Shown: positions 43,184 to 56,948, counted from the first letter of the stretch. The stretch: DNA of 64,000 bases from an uncultured Chloroflexia bacterium (GCA_963765765.1 CAVXYC010000018.1:139002-203001), one strand, 5' to 3'. Notes: generated by a model not told the origin, from the sequence alone. Program-made: numbers and translations.

Positions 43184-44304
43184 ATGACGACGATCCCTGA
43201 AACGCCAGCCATTGAGACATCCGCGGCAACACAAACGTTTCTGACCAACCAGGAAATCATTCAGGCGGCGCATCAAAACCTGGGCAAGGGTCAATGGGAC
43301 AACCTGGTTGGCGGGTCCGAGTCTGAGACAACCATGCGTCGCAACCGCCTCGGGTTCGATCGGATCGCATTTCGACCCCGCATTCTCGTGGACGTCTCCC
43401 ACACCAATACGTCCACAACGCTTCTAGGCCACCGTCTCCGAATTCCGGTAATCCTGGCGCCAATGGGATCGCTCCAAGAGCTGACGCCGGCGGGAGCGAT
43501 CGCAGCCACGCGAGCTGCCGCAGAATTCGGATCTCTTCATGTCATCAGCTCCGTCACGCAGCCCAGTCTGGAGGAGACCGCGGCCAGCGTCGATTACCCG
43601 AAGGTCTATCAGCTCTACGTGACCAATCATTGGGACTGGGTCAAGGAGACATTAACGCGGGTGAAGAGCTCAGGCTACTGGGGCTTCTGTTTGACTGTGG
43701 ACACGGCGCATTACAGACCGGCGCGAACGACCCATGATGAGCAATTACCTGACTCCGAATCGACGGACCCCGCCCGACCCAAAATGGCGAGCTTCGCTCA
43801 CCTGGGAAATGATGGACCGCATCAAGGACTTCGTCGATCTGCCGTTCATGCTCAAAGGCGTGGCAACGGCCGAGGACGCGGCCATCGCCGTGGAGCACGG
43901 GGTCAACGTGATCTGGGTATCCAACCACGGGGGCCGGCAGCTCGATCACGGCCGTGCGACGATCGATATCTTGCCTGAGATCGATCCGGGCGGTGAATGG
44001 CCGGGCTCAAATCGTTCTTGATGGCGGCATTCAGCGGGGCTCTGATGTGGTGAAGGCTATAGCCCTGGGAGCCGACGCGGTAGCTATTGGCAAGCTTCAG
44101 GGGTGGGGTCTGGGCGCCGACGGTCAGGCAGGCATGCTGCGTGTTCTTGAAATACTGGAAGACGAGATTCACGTAGCCATGGGTCTGCTCGGAGTCACAG
44201 CGATGGATCAGCTCAGCAACGCGTACCTGTGCCGCGAGGACCCCGTGATGTGGCCGCACGAGATGAGTCAATTCTCGAACCTTACGGAAGGGCCTCTGCG
44301 CTAG
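43184..44304 (+). CDS. FMN-dependent alpha-hydroxy acid oxidase, frameshifted
   Basis: LTVDT, VSNHGGRQLD, DGGIQRGSDVVKA. Confidence 0.9.
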
Positions 44305-44375
44305 ACGCCCAGTCATTCGGCGATGCCATGGGCATCTGGGGCCGTGGGCGGAAAACCAATATGGGAGTAGCGACG

Positions 44376-46149
44376 ATGATCGAACCGCGAACGTTCGCCG
44401 GAACACTCGGTGGGGTGAATTCCCCGCCGAAGAGTATGCCGACGCGCTCTTGACGTCCATGAAGCTCGGAGGCATCGACCATTTCTTTTTGTTCCGGATC
44501 AGAGTTGGCGTTTTGGCAAGAAGGTGTGGCTCGAGCCATCGCTCGAGGCTGGCCCACACCGAGTCTCTTTACCGTCATGCACGAGTCAGTAGCGCTCAAC
44601 GCGGCACTGGGCTCAGCAATGGTCTCCGGTCAACCGACCGCCACGGCAGCGCACGTTGACGCTGGCACCCTCAACTATGGTGCGGCCATTCACACCGCAT
44701 GGCGCGGATGCTACCCCATGCTCATCGCCGCGGGGACGGCGCCGCGGGCCTTCCCCGGCTCATGACCGGGTCACGCAATAGCCCGCCGCAATGGGTGCAG
44801 GAGCCGCGCGACCAAGGGTGAGATCATGCGCCAGTACACCAAGCTGGATCACCGGCTCGAGCACCAGGACAATCCCGGGCATATGGTGAGCCGCCTCCTG
44901 CAGGTTGCAATGAGTGAGCCCAAAGGACCAGTCTACCTGAGCGTTCCGCGCGAGGTGGCGATGCTTCAAGCTCCGGGCGCAACTCGGTTCCCGACCCGCG
45001 ACCAAATGGGCTTGGCCAGCCAGGCCTGGCCTGACCCAGCCGATTCACGGCGCGCAGCCAAGTGGCTAATCGAGGCCAAGAATCCGGCGGTCTACGTTGG
45101 CCGTGCTGGCCGAAACGCCGAATCGGTGGAGGTGCTGGTGCAACTCGCCGAGCTTCTGGCGCTACCGGTGATGGGGGGTAGGGCCGACCGTATCAGAACT
45201 TCCCACCACCCACCCCCTATTTGGCACGGGACCCACGCCACAGGACGCAGACGCTCTTCTCGTGCTGGAGTCGCCGCTTCCCTCGGATGCCCGGTCGGAA
45301 TTCCCCGAGGCCGATGCGCGGATCGTTCGGGTGGATCCTGACGCCGTGGAAGGGCGCTACAAGACGGTTGAATTCTGTGCCGATCTGTGGTTCCCTGTAA
45401 CGGCCGCGGCGGCGGTACGCGCACTCCATGAGGCTGCCACCAGCATGCTCTCGACTTCTGACCTGGAGTCGAATCGAGACCCGTCGCGCTCGCCTCACCG
45501 AGAAAAAGCAGACACTTCCTCGCGGCCTGGGAGACGAAGGCTCAAGATGCTGGACGACGAAGTCCTATTGATCCGCTCTGGGTCCGGTACCAGGTTGGAA
45601 AGATTCTCGCTCCCGATGCCGTCCTCGTGGATGATCTCGCCGCCGGCATGGAGCCGAACAACCATCGTCGAGTGCAACCCAGTACGTACTTCAAGAGCGG
45701 GGGCACGTCGGGTGGGTTCGGATCACGGAGCCGCGTTTGGCGCCAAAGTTGCCCAGCCCAACCGCGATGTCATTCTGACAAGTGGGGATGGTTATTTGAT
45801 GTTCGGCACGCCGCTCCCCGCGCTATGGTGCTCGAGCCACTACAAAGCGCCGTACCTGACCGTAGTCATGGTCAACAAGTCTTACTCCACGGGAACCACG
45901 GCGTTGCGGTCGGGTTACCCGGAAGGCGTCGCTGTGAGCGCTAGCAATTACGAGGGCGGAATCTTCGACCCCCCGCCAAACTTTGCTCGGCTAGCGGAAG
46001 CCGGAAATGGCTATGGGGAGCAGTCACCGATGCCGATCAAGTTGCGCGGCCCTCCAGCGGGGCCTCCAGCACACGCGCAACAGAACACCGGCCCTTATTG
46101 CTGTTGACTTGCCGACCTTCGTCCAGGAGCAGAGCGCTCACGCCAGTAG
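44376..46149 (+). CDS. Thiamine-pyrophosphate-binding enzyme, frameshifted
   Basis: HESVA, HVDAGT, PKGPVYLSVPRE, GDG..N. Confidence 0.85.
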
Positions 46150-46278
46150 ATTGACGTGGCAACGGCGCTCGCGACACAAGGTAGGACCTAACTCGGCGCA
46201 AGCGCGTCAATGCGCCCACTAATGCGACGAAATCCGAAGTACTCTTATGCCGTACTGGCTCATTTGAGGTAGCTATTC

Positions 46279-48057
46279 ATGCGAGTTTCATCCAGACCCA
46301 CCGCGAGCTGGCGCTGGCCTCCCTGGTCAGGGCCGCCGCCGTGGCCAGCCCGCCCTGGAGAGTCCGGCAGTGGATTCTCACGACTCTCCTACGCGACCGT
46401 GGTATCGACTCTCGTGCTGGGCGTTGTGGGATTTCTGGTGGTGGTGCCGGTGGTGATCCTGTTCCTTAACAGCTTCCAGGTTGGCCAATTTGGAACCCAA
46501 ACCCAATTCGGCTTTGAGAACTGGACCACGGCACTCAGCAACCCCAGGATTGCCGACGCGCTGAAGAACACCTTCACCCTCGCGCTGACCCGGCAGGGTA
46601 TCGCCCTGGTGATCGGCCTCTTGATCGCCTGGCTGCTAGCCCGTACCGACCTGCCAGGGCGGAACTGGTTGGAATTCGGATTCTGGGTGGCGGTGTTCTT
46701 GCCCTCGCTCACGGTCACGCTGGGCTGGATCATGGTCATCGACAACTTTAACGGGCTGGCCAACCAGGCGTGGAGGGCCATCTTTGGTGTAGACGGTCCG
46801 TTCAACATTTTCTCCTGGTGGGGAATCATCTGGGCCCACCTGATGACGGGTACGTTAGCCATCAAGATGATGCTGCTGACACCCGCCTTCCGGAACATGG
46901 ATGCGACCCTGGAAGAGCTTCTCGCGCCTCTGGTGCGAGCACGCTGGGCACGCTGTTTCGGGTTGTCATACCCCTGGTCGCGCCCACCGTTCTGGTGGTG
47001 CTCCTGCTCGGCACCATCCGCTCGCTCGAGGCGTTCGAGATCGAGCTGATCCTGGGTTATGAGGCGAAGATCAATGTGTACAGCACGCTGATCTACCGGC
47101 AGGCACTCGGCTCTCCGCCGGAGTACGGCCAGGCGACGGTGCTGGGCATGGTGGTCCTGGGCGTCTTGATGCCGTTTATCCTGCTGCAACAATGGCACAG
47201 CGGGCGCCGCAGCCATGCCACCGTCAGCGGCAAGTTCCGCACATCCCCTCAGCGACTGGGACCATGGCGGTGGCCCCTGTTCGCGGTCGTGTTCGGCCTG
47301 GTCCTGATCATGACCGTGCTGCCCCTCATCCTGGTGCTCATGGGCACATTCATGAGTGTGTTCGGCATGTTCGGCGTGCGTGAGCCATGGACCATGAAAA
47401 ATTGGAACACGGTGCTGGGAAATGCAAGCTTTCTCCAAGCACTGTGGAATCGCTTATCATCGCCGGCGGCACGGCGGTATTTGCGATGGTGTCCTTCGTT
47501 GGGGTGGCATACATCATCGTGCGTACAAAATTTTGGGGCCGCGGCGCGATGGATTTCCTGGTCTGGCTGCCATCCACCCTTCCCGGTATCGTCATGGGGC
47601 TGGGCTACCTATGGCTGTTTCTGGGTACGCCATTCCTGCGGCCACTTTACGGCACCACGTTCATCCTGATACTGGTGGCGTCGCTGGGAAGCATCACGCT
47701 GACGACGCAGCTTGTGAAGAGCAACCTACTGCAGCTGGGTGATGAGCTTAAGGAGCCTATAACTTCGGGGCTCCCTGGTGGTACACGTTCTGTCGCGTGA
47801 CCATGCCGTTGATTGCGCCGTCTCTGGCCGTGGTGGGCGTACTGGCGTTCTCAGCGGCGGCGAGGGCAACCAGCCACGTAGCACTGCTATCGACAGCGGG
47901 CAATCAACCTTTGTCGATCTTGCAGCTTAACCTCATGAGCGACAACAATTTCGAGGCGGCGTCGGTCGTCGGCGTGTTCATCCTGCTGCTGACCGTGGGT
48001 GTGGCCTTTGTGGCCCGCTTCCTGGGTCTGCGACTGGGGCCGGGTGCCGGACGCTAG
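46279..48057 (+). CDS. Iron-type ABC permease, frameshifted
   Basis: LARTDLPG, FRNMDATLEE, duplicated TM domains. Confidence 0.85.
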
Positions 48058-48062
48058 TGTTG

Positions 48063-48111
48063 CGTGGCACCGGTCCTCGGTGAGACTCACGCACGAGGAA
48101 ACGGTGCCACG
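48063..48111. terminator. Hairpin between convergent genes
   Basis: CGTGGCACCG..TCCTCG / CGAGGA..CGGTGCCACG. Confidence 0.55.
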
Positions 48112-48117
48112 GTCGGG

Positions 48118-49353
48118 TTACTGAAACTCCTTGAGTACTTTGATGGTTCTGGCAAGCACAGCTTCACCCTCCGCGGTCCCGATCTTGAGCGTGTATTGGG
48201 CCAAGTTGGAATAATCCGGGGACTCCTCGGCGGCGTAGCTCTCGATCCCTACCCGACGCGTGCTTGTCTCGAGGGACTGCGCCATCGCTTCCTGGCCCTC
48301 CTGGCTTAGGTACCAACGCAGGAACACCTTGGCGGCGTTCGGATGGGGGGCATTCTTCAGGACTTCCGTGCCATAGGCGATCAAATGCGACGTTGGACGA
48401 ACGTTCTCAACCTCAGTCCCAACGCCCTGCTTCTGGAGGTCCGCATCATGTCAGCGTTGGCGTAGATTGAGATCGGATACCGGCCCTGCGCAACATACTC
48501 GGTCGCCGAACGGATGTTGTCTAGTAACTTGACCTGGCCCATCAGCTTGCGGATGAAGTCCTCACCGTAAGGTTCGAGCAGCTCGGCCATCACGAAGGCG
48601 CTGCCCGTCGCGCCAAACGGATCGTAGAGTAGGATCTGGTCTTTCCACTTCGGCTTGAGGAGATCTTCCCAGCTATTGACCCCTCCTTTGGAGCGAGCCG
48701 TCGGTTAACGAAGAACCCGCCCGTAATGTCGAAGTGGGTGATGAACGTCACCGGTTGCACGGGTCTGTGAGCATGCGGAACCCGCCGGCCCACTTGGTGT
48801 CGTCGGACACTTCCGCGGGGAGAACGTCCAGATAGGGCGTGATGTTCTCAAAAGCGCCTGCTGGTCTGAGCACGGTGAACATCTGACCCGAGGGTCCCAA
48901 GTGCACGTCCCATAGATACTGGTCATTGCGCTGCTCCACAATGACGCGCGGAGACCAGTCCGTCGATTTCATCGCCGTAGATTGGACGTTAAGGTATGGA
49001 AGCGCCTGCTTCACCCGCTCGTTAATGTTGTCCCAGACCTCCGCTCCGGCGTGGGTGGACAGCACCAGCACGCCCTCCCTTTTTGCCGCGGCCTCGATCT
49101 CATCCCAATTACCTCCGGTACTCGAGGCGGGCTTGGCCGTGGAGCCGACCATAGTGGGGACGGCTTTCGCCGACGCCACCGTTGGAGGCGGAGCTTCTGT
49201 CTTCGGCGCGGGCGCAGTGGTGGCCGCGGGCAATAGAGCAGGCGGGGCACAGGCCACGAGAAGTGATGCGAATGCCACGGCGACTCCATGACGATAGATG
49301 CTCGAAGAAGGCTTCGACGGCTGATCCAGCCGGCCCACCCAGGGCTTGCGCAT
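48118..49353 (-). CDS. ABC substrate-binding lipoprotein, frameshifted
   Basis: LVAC, AAKREG, APHPNAAKVFLRWYLSQEGQ. Confidence 0.85.
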
Positions 49354-49923
49354 TTGTGGCTCCCCCTCACTTTCTCACTCAGTCGGCCTGCGCACTCGAC
49401 AGGTCAGGCAGCACGCCCTCAGGTACCGAGACCAGCCGACCTTCCAGACATTGCGAGCACATTCATAGACCCGATGACGGCAGTACACCAGATGAGATGA
49501 GGCGACTTCGCGATCGGATAGCGACCCGCTCCGCGCTGCAGAACATTTCGCAACGCGTAGCACCGTAACAGTGGCCGTGCGGTCGTGCCAGATTGAAAAC
49601 CCAATCAAATTGTTCAATTGAGCCGATCATTGCCTTGATCCAGCGGGACGCAGGTATTCCCTGCCTAGGAAGTCCGCGCCAGCGGCGTCCCCGAGTCGGT
49701 AGAAGACGTCGACGCAAGACGCCACACCAAACGCACCCCAATACAATCACGAGCGCGGAGCGGATGAGCCGCCCGGCTAGTTCAGTCCTTCTGACCATAT
49801 TCCTCGTGAAAACAACATGGTCACACTCAGTTGGTGCTGGTAGGCTTGACTCGCGAGGGTGAGCAGACCCGAGACACTATGCTGCCAGATCACTCGCAGA
49901 GACCTGCAAGGGAGGCCAGAAAC

Positions 49924-50449
49924 ATGGCAACGAACGTAGTGGATCGAAGGCCCGACGGAAGCGCGGTCGAAGTCGCAGTCCGCCCAGACGGCAGTATGCG
50001 CGAAGTGGTCGAATAGCTGCTTCGTGGGAGAGGTCTTTGATCTGAGGTCACCCTATCTGTTGCAGGGGCGAACGACCGACGTCCGCACCAAGACGGAGTT
50101 GATGCGGGTGGCGGTCAAGGTATACGCCGGCGGCGGTGAGAATGCCATGCATGCGCATGGGCATGAGGACCATACGTTTGTCGTGTTGGAAGGTGAGGCC
50201 GAGTTTCACCTGGGAACCGACGAGAATGCCGTCAGGGTGGGCCGCTACCAGGGCGTAATGCTTCCGAAGCACGCCCCATATTGGTTTGAGGCGGTGGGTG
50301 ATGAGAACCTCGTCATGCTGCGCGTGGGCACCTCCGACAACGGGTTTCAACACATACACATACAGACGGACGGTCGCACGATCGCGGGTGATTCTCCTGA
50401 GAACAAGACGGTGGAGCGGATCGAAACCGGGCCCAGGATTCGGAGGGTA
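49924..50449 (+). CDS. Cupin domain protein
   Basis: VKVYAGGGENAMHAHGHEDHTFVVLEG. Confidence 0.8.
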
Positions 50450-50683
50450 GTCACTCAGCGTGGTGGACTAAGGCGCATCTGCATTGCGGAGCGGGAATGC
50501 AGATACGCGCTCCTGGTCTCACCTTGTGTTAACCAAAAGCAACGATAACCCTTGGCAAACATCGCGCCGCCGACGCTGTTACTCAACTAACGGGATACAC
50601 CGAAACCGCCTACTGCGTCCAAGGCCCGACAATGCATGGCCCGCCAAGAATGCATTGATACCGGGCCGCCGCGGTGATCACCG

Positions 50684-51781
50684 ATGAAACTAGATCGCGA
50701 GGAATCAATTCCCATAACCACCGGAACGCTGGAACGATCTGCTTCCACGCGGACAGAGTTGCAACTTATCTCTGCGGATTCACACGTCAGTGAAGACCCC
50801 AACCGCCTGGCAGGAGCGCCTGCCCGCGAAATTCAAGGCCCTGCGCCAAGTTCCCGCAAACGCGCCACGGAAGAAATGGCAAAGTTTCACCCTGGTGCGG
50901 TGGGATGGGCCAGCACGTCTCGAGGAGATGACGCAGGACGGGGTAAGCGCTGACTCCTATACGCAAGTCTCGGCGGCCGATCGTTCGCGCCCATTAAAGA
51001 CCCGGAGCTGCAAGAGGCGGGATTCAAAGTCTACAACGATTGGCTGATGGAGTTTTGTTCAGCCGATCCCACGCGCCCTCGTCGGTATCCCACAGATTTC
51101 GCTCTACAACATTGATCACGCCATTGCCGAGTTGGAGCGTTGTAAGCGCGGCGGCATGGTGGATAGCGGTCTGGCTCGTTCCGCCAGACGATCTACCGTC
51201 TCCTGGCCTCACTACGATCGTTTCTGGGCCGCGAGTCAAGAGATGGACATGCCAGTAACAGTCCATCTTCGCACCGGCTTCGGTTCCAATAGAGATCGAG
51301 ATGCCAGCCGCGGTCAGGAGCGCTTTCGACGCAACGTGAACATCAAGATCCTTGAGTTCGAGAGAACGCGCTCTTCGACTTTATCTTTTTCGGAATTCTC
51401 GAAAAGTATCCATCGTTGAGGTTCGTGCTCTCCGAGCCCGAGATCGGCTGGGCGCCGTTCGTACTTCAGATGTGGGACTATCATTTTGAGCGCTTCCGCA
51501 AGAGCGACCCACTGCCGATGAGCGAGCTACCCAGCACCTCTTCCGTCGTCAGGTGTCAGTGAGCTTCATCAACGACCAGGCCGGGACTCGCTTTTTCCCA
51601 GTGGGGCGTGGACAACTGCATGTGGTCGAGTGACTATCCGCATCCTGCCTCCCCGTGGCCACACTCGCGAGACTTCGTTGCCAGGCAGCTTGCGCACGTC
51701 CCGGATGATGACCTGAAGAAGATTCTGAGTGAGAACGTGATAAGGGTGTACGGGCTGGAGCGCCCGGAGAGCAGGATCTAG
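50684..51781 (+). CDS. Amidohydrolase family protein, many frameshifts
   Basis: ISADSHV, YNDWL, MWSSDYPH; paralog of 57644-58707. Confidence 0.8.
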
Positions 51782-51842
51782 TCGGTCGGCCAGTTGCGCA
51801 GCCCGGGGTTGTGGGCTATCAATCCGGGTAGGAGGAATTGAG

Positions 51843-52277
51843 ATGGCGACAGAAACATTGACCAAAGATGGCGTCTTTGATTTGCGCACGCCGTTGTTAA
51901 AACAGGGACTGACGACGGACTTTCGAGCCCGAACCGATCATCTGTCGGTCTGCATCAAGGTGTATGCGGACGGCGGCAACCTCTACCACTCGCATTCCGC
52001 TGAAGACCACGCCTTCGTGGTGCTCTCGGGTGAGGCCACGTTCCTCAGGATCATTGACGGCGAAGAAAAGGAAACGGTTCTGGGAAAATACAGCGGGATC
52101 ATGTTGCCCAAGGATATGGAATACAAGTTTCAGAGCACAACAGGATCAGGTGGAAATCTGGTCATGCTACGCATTGGTGCGCCCATCCCGGGCTTCACGT
52201 CAGTCGGCAAGGACAAGTCGTTTATCCCGGAGCGGATAGAGATCCCGGGCATGTTCTTCCCGGACGATTGCCCTTGA
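51843..52277 (+). CDS. Cupin domain protein
   Basis: HSHSAEDHAFVVLSG. Confidence 0.85.
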   Translation: MATETLTKDGVFDLRTPLLKQGLTTDFRARTDHLSVCIKVYADGGNLYHSHSAEDHAFVVLSGEATFLRIIDGEEKETVLGKYSGIMLPKDMEYKFQSTTGSGGNLVMLRIGAPIPGFTSVGKDKSFIPERIEIPGMFFPDDCP

Positions 52278-52613
52278 AGCTCCACGAATGGGTCATTGAA
52301 CCCGAGGGCTTCACGACTTCTCCTGGATACGACAGAGCCACGATCCATCCATCCAAAGTAGCGATGCGTTCGGTGCTGCCGATTACTGTCAGTCGTACCG
52401 GACGGTAGATGCCTTCCGTCCAGTCTTGGCCAACCCAGCCGCCATCGCATTCGCATGGGGAGATCGTCTTTAGAGAGCGATCGAGTCGAGGGATCGGGAT
52501 GACCATGCTAGGTGATCCGAGCCTTCCGTGCGATTGCCATGCTTGATTCTCTCACGCGAGTTGCAGACTAGCTGGGAACGTCCCGCCCTTCCATCGCGAG
52601 GTTGATTTTCACT

Positions 52614-53074
52614 TTGGAGGAGAAAGAAGGAGGCTGCGACGTTCGAGACGCACAAGATCCAGCCACAACTCATGGAGTACGGCAAGTCCGCATACGGCTT
52701 GCGCGGACCGATCTGTTAGGCGTCGGCGTCCCGGGGATCGCCTCAATCGGGAGACCAACTTCCACGCGCACCGGCGAGGACGCAACCTGGTTCGTGCTCC
52801 AGGGCAGCGCCCGCTACTACACACCGGCGACGAACTCGTGGCGACACTGAACAAGTTCGAGGGCCTGGTCATCCGCGCGATGCTCCGTCCTGGTTCGAGA
52901 GCGCCGCAGACAAAGAGAACCTGATCATCATGCGCATCCGCGCGTCCGCCCCGAACGAGCCAAAGTGCCGCATCGACCACAGCCCGAGCCAGTTAATAAC
53001 CCGGCCGACGACGATGGTCTCACCCGCGCCATCCGCGACGTCAAGTACGTCGAAGGCAAGTACTCGGCGACTAG
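52614..53074 (+). CDS. Cupin domain protein, frameshifted
   Basis: RLARTDLL, HAHTGEDATWFVLQG, WFES. Confidence 0.6.
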
Positions 53075-53266
53075 TCTCAGCGAACCGGCGGTTGTATTCC
53101 GCACTCACGGTGTGGCACAACGGTGGCGTGATCACGGAATTGCCTCCCACCCAGGATGGCGACTGGCAATTGACGCCCGGCCTCACCGGGACTAGCATCA
53201 GTCCCAGACCAGCATGCACGATGAGAAGTCGACTCGCTGCGTCCCACACGCCCTAGGAGTACGCGA

Positions 53267-54617
53267 ATGCTGACGAGGGAAGACAACGAGCTGGTTACCC
53301 GTGTCGGGCCGGGCACGCCCCTGGGCAGACTCATGCGTGAGTACTGGCTGCCGTTCCTTCTTTCCGAGGAGCTTCCCGCGCCCGACAGCAGTCCGCTCCG
53401 TATACGGCTATTGAGTGAAGACCTAGTCGCGTTCCGGGCAACGGACGGTACGGTCGGATTAGTCGGGAACCACTGCCCGCACCGCGGTGCTTCCCTTTTC
53501 TTTGGCCGCAACGAAGAGAACGGGATTCGATGCGTTTACCACGGTTGGAAGTTCGACGTATCGGGGGCATGCGTGGATATGCCCAATGAGCCATCGGAGT
53601 CCAACTTCAAACACAAGGTCCGGGTCACCGTCTATCCATGCCGCGAGCGCAATGGCATCGTCTGGACATACATGGGCCCTCGAGCCCGCCACCGCCGCTG
53701 CCGGAGCTCGAGTGGAACATGGTCCCGCCCGGCCACGCCTACGTGTCCAAGCGAGTCGCCGCCGCGAACTGGCTGCAATCGCTGGAGGGCGCGCTCGACA
53801 CGGCTCATAGCAATTTCCTCCACGCCGGCCTCGAGAAACCGGGACAGGGCGGAACCAGTGTCTTCCCGGGCCAATTCCCGGCGCACAGCGAGGTATGAGG
53901 CTGTCGGCGGTTGACAGTCACCCGCGCTTCGAGACGCTCAACGTCGAGGCGGGCGTCCTTATAGCCGCATGTCGTCAGACGGACGAGGGCGCCTACTGGC
54001 GGGTGAACAACTTCATCTTGCCGTTCTACACTCAGTTCCCACCACGAGGGGTCAATCCGCCGTCTAACGGCCACGCCTGGGTGCCCATCGACGATGAGCA
54101 CACCCTGGTGCTGCACTACAACTACCACCCGACGCGCCCGCTGACAGACGCTGAGCTGGACTTCTACCGTCACGGCAAGGGCGGCGTTGAGGCATTCCAC
54201 CCGCGGGTTGACGGCTTCCTGCCAGCCACCGGCGAGGCATATGGAGCCTGGAATCCCATCATCCGCAAGGAGAACAACTATCTCCTCGACTACGAATATC
54301 AGCGCACCGAGTCCTTCTGCGGCATCAAGGCGGGGTGGGCACAGGACTCCGCCGTGCAGGAGGGGATGGGCGCTATTCAGGACCGTACTCAAGAGCACAT
54401 GGTCAGCAGCGACGTCGGGATCATCGGCATGCGTCGCTTTCTCCTGGACTCCGTGAAAGCCTATAGGGACGGCAGCGCGGCGGCGCCCGGTCGAGCGGAT
54501 CCCGCAGCGTTCGCACTGCGGCCAGCATCCTTTCTGCTCACCAAAGATGCCGAAGTCTGGCCGGTCGCAATGTCCGAGATTACAACCCGCCCCGGTCATC
54601 CGCTTACCGTCGTATAG
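53267..54617 (+). CDS. Rieske oxygenase (phthalate 4,5-dioxygenase/LigX-like), frameshifted
   Basis: CPHRGASL..CVYHGW, NWLQSLEG..DTAH..FLH, QD..VQE. Confidence 0.9.
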
Positions 54618-54794
54618 CCAGTGGGTGTCGACCCTGGCTTTACATGAATCCTTCGAGCGGTCTGGAGTAATCTGAAGGACGGATACTCTCGAAGAAACAT
54701 TAGCAGTCCATCTCGTCGGTCAGAATGAGCCGAGGACAGCAATGAGACCGAGAAAGCCAGCAAGAATGTCGGACCACCCATACCCACGGGTTGA

Positions 54795-56333
54795 GTGCAC
54801 ATGCTAGAAGCCTACGGCAGTGCGTTTGGCATCCTCTTCACGCCGCCATTCCTGCCACTATTGGCACTACTGCTTGGCACTGGACTCGGTCTGATCAGTG
54901 GCGCCATGCCCGCCGGTGGCCTGCCCGTCCTGGTAGTCATGCTGGGGTTCGCGTACCATCTCGACCCGTACATTGCTATTCCCATCGTCATCGGCCACAT
55001 GGCCGTCAACGGGACGACGGATCCCATACCTTGCATCTTGATGGGCATCCCCGGTTCATCGTCGGCCCAGGCGACGATCCTGGACGGATATCCCATGGCC
55101 AAGCAGGGCATGGCCGGTCAAGCGCTGGCGGCTGCTTATTTCGCCTCACTGCTGGGAGGCCTGATTGGAGCGTTGGGGCTGGCGCTCGTCATCCCGTTGG
55201 CCCGACCAATCATCAACTTCTTTGGTTCGCCCGAATTCTTCATGATGGCGCTCCTGGGCATAGCCATAGTCGGCATCGTCAGCAGTGGCGCGCTCGTGAA
55301 GGGGCTGCTGGCGGGAGCGTTCGGTCTGTCTCTGGGGCTGGTGGGCTTCGATAGCATCGCAGGCATCCCCCGTGGCACGTTAGGGATCGACTATCTCTGG
55401 GATGGTCTGCCACTCATCCCGGCAATCATTGGCCTGTTCGCTATCCCTGAACTGCTCGACATGGTCGTGAGCGATACACCAATTGCCCGTAGGCGGATGG
55501 ATGAATTAGTGGCAGGCGTGAACACAGGGCGCTTGGAAGGCATACGCATGGTGCTGCGGCACAAGCTTCTCGTGCTTCGATCGTCGCTGGTCGGTCTGTT
55601 AGTCGGCATCATGCCCGGGGTCGGCGGCTCGACAGCCCACTGGCTTGCGTATGCGCAGGCACGGCAGTCAGAGCGGGATGCCTACAAAACGTTTGGCACT
55701 GGCGACGTCCGGGGAGTGATCGCGCCAGAGAGTGCTAACAACTCGATCGACGGCGGAGTGCTAATTCCTACGCTGACGTTTGGGTTACCTGGAAGCGCTG
55801 GCATGGCCATCATGCTAGGATTCCTCGTCCTATTAGGGATCCAACCCGGCCCGGAGATGCTGGGGAAGAACGTCCACATCACGGTACTCATCGCCGTATG
55901 CCTGGCGCTCGCCAACGTAGTAGCAACGCTCGTTGCCCTCTTCTTCACCCCTCAGCTCGCAAAGATATCGACAGTACCGCCGAATGTGCTGGTGCCGTTA
56001 GTGGTTGCGATGCTCACCCTTTCGGCATTTCAGGCCCGCGCTTCCGTGGGCGATCTCCTTGCTGTCGCGGTTTTCGCTGGCATCGGCTGGTACATGAAGC
56101 GTTACGGCTGGCCGCGCCCTCCCATCGTCATTGCCCTGGTCCTGGGCGAACAGATGGAGAAGTACCTTTGGCTCTCTGTCAACACCTACGGCTGGTCCAT
56201 GTTGGCCCGCCCCCAGGTACTCGTCCTGTTGGCCATCACCATTGTGTCGGTCTACTCGACGCTTAGGTTGGAGCGGAGAACTAACCGCGAGATCGCTCTA
56301 AGCACCCAGGATGTGTCAGTCCCTACCAACTGA
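54795..56333 (+). CDS. tctA: Tripartite tricarboxylate transporter permease
   Basis: GIPG..ATILDGYPMA, APESANN, PTLTFGLPG. Confidence 0.9.
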   Translation: MHMLEAYGSAFGILFTPPFLPLLALLLGTGLGLISGAMPAGGLPVLVVMLGFAYHLDPYIAIPIVIGHMAVNGTTDPIPCILMGIPGSSSAQATILDGYPMAKQGMAGQALAAAYFASLLGGLIGALGLALVIPLARPIINFFGSPEFFMMALLGIAIVGIVSSGALVKGLLAGAFGLSLGLVGFDSIAGIPRGTLGIDYLWDGLPLIPAIIGLFAIPELLDMVVSDTPIARRRMDELVAGVNTGRLEGIRMVLRHKLLVLRSSLVGLLVGIMPGVGGSTAHWLAYAQARQSERDAYKTFGTGDVRGVIAPESANNSIDGGVLIPTLTFGLPGSAGMAIMLGFLVLLGIQPGPEMLGKNVHITVLIAVCLALANVVATLVALFFTPQLAKISTVPPNVLVPLVVAMLTLSAFQARASVGDLLAVAVFAGIGWYMKRYGWPRPPIVIALVLGEQMEKYLWLSVNTYGWSMLARPQVLVLLAITIVSVYSTLRLERRTNREIALSTQDVSVPTN

Positions 56334-56377
56334 TCCACTTGACATTACTTGGGGTTACTCGCGAGAAAGGAGCCTGA

Positions 56378-56948
56378 ATGGACGGAGCAGCTACAGGAGT
56401 GCCGCCACATGGCGAGATCACTAGCGCTCCTAACCCTACTCCGGGGCCATCCGGAGGAGTCAGCGCCAACCTCGCGGCAGAAATGATCTTCTTGGGACTG
56501 GTTGCCGCCGTGTTCGTCTACTTTCTCGTGGATGCTCGCTCGTGGCCCATCGGCGCGGCATTGCTGCCAACCGTTGTGGCCTGTGCTGGCTTGGTGTTAC
56601 TTGTGTTGCACATTGCTGACCGTTTTCGTCCGAGAACGCGTCCGACGCGCCAGATCCTCGACATCGGATTTGGGAGCCTCGACGTAGGTGCGCGTGAACA
56701 AAGTGCGGTCCCTGAAGATGCTCGGCTCAATCCTGTTCCTGTTCGTCGGCATCTGGGTGGTGGGATTCCACATCGCGCTCCCCACCTACGTATTTGGCTA
56801 TTTGCTGTTTTTCGGCCGCGTCCGCTGGTGGTGGGCGGTAACCGCTGCCGTCGTCTTTGAGCTGCTCATTCTGGGGGTTTACGACCGCGCGCTGCATACA
56901 ACGTGGAACACGCCCATCCTTCACCAGTTGCTGGGCATTAGCCGCTAA
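56378..56948 (+). CDS. tctB: TTT small permease, frameshifted
   Basis: About four TM segments directly after tctA. Confidence 0.7.
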
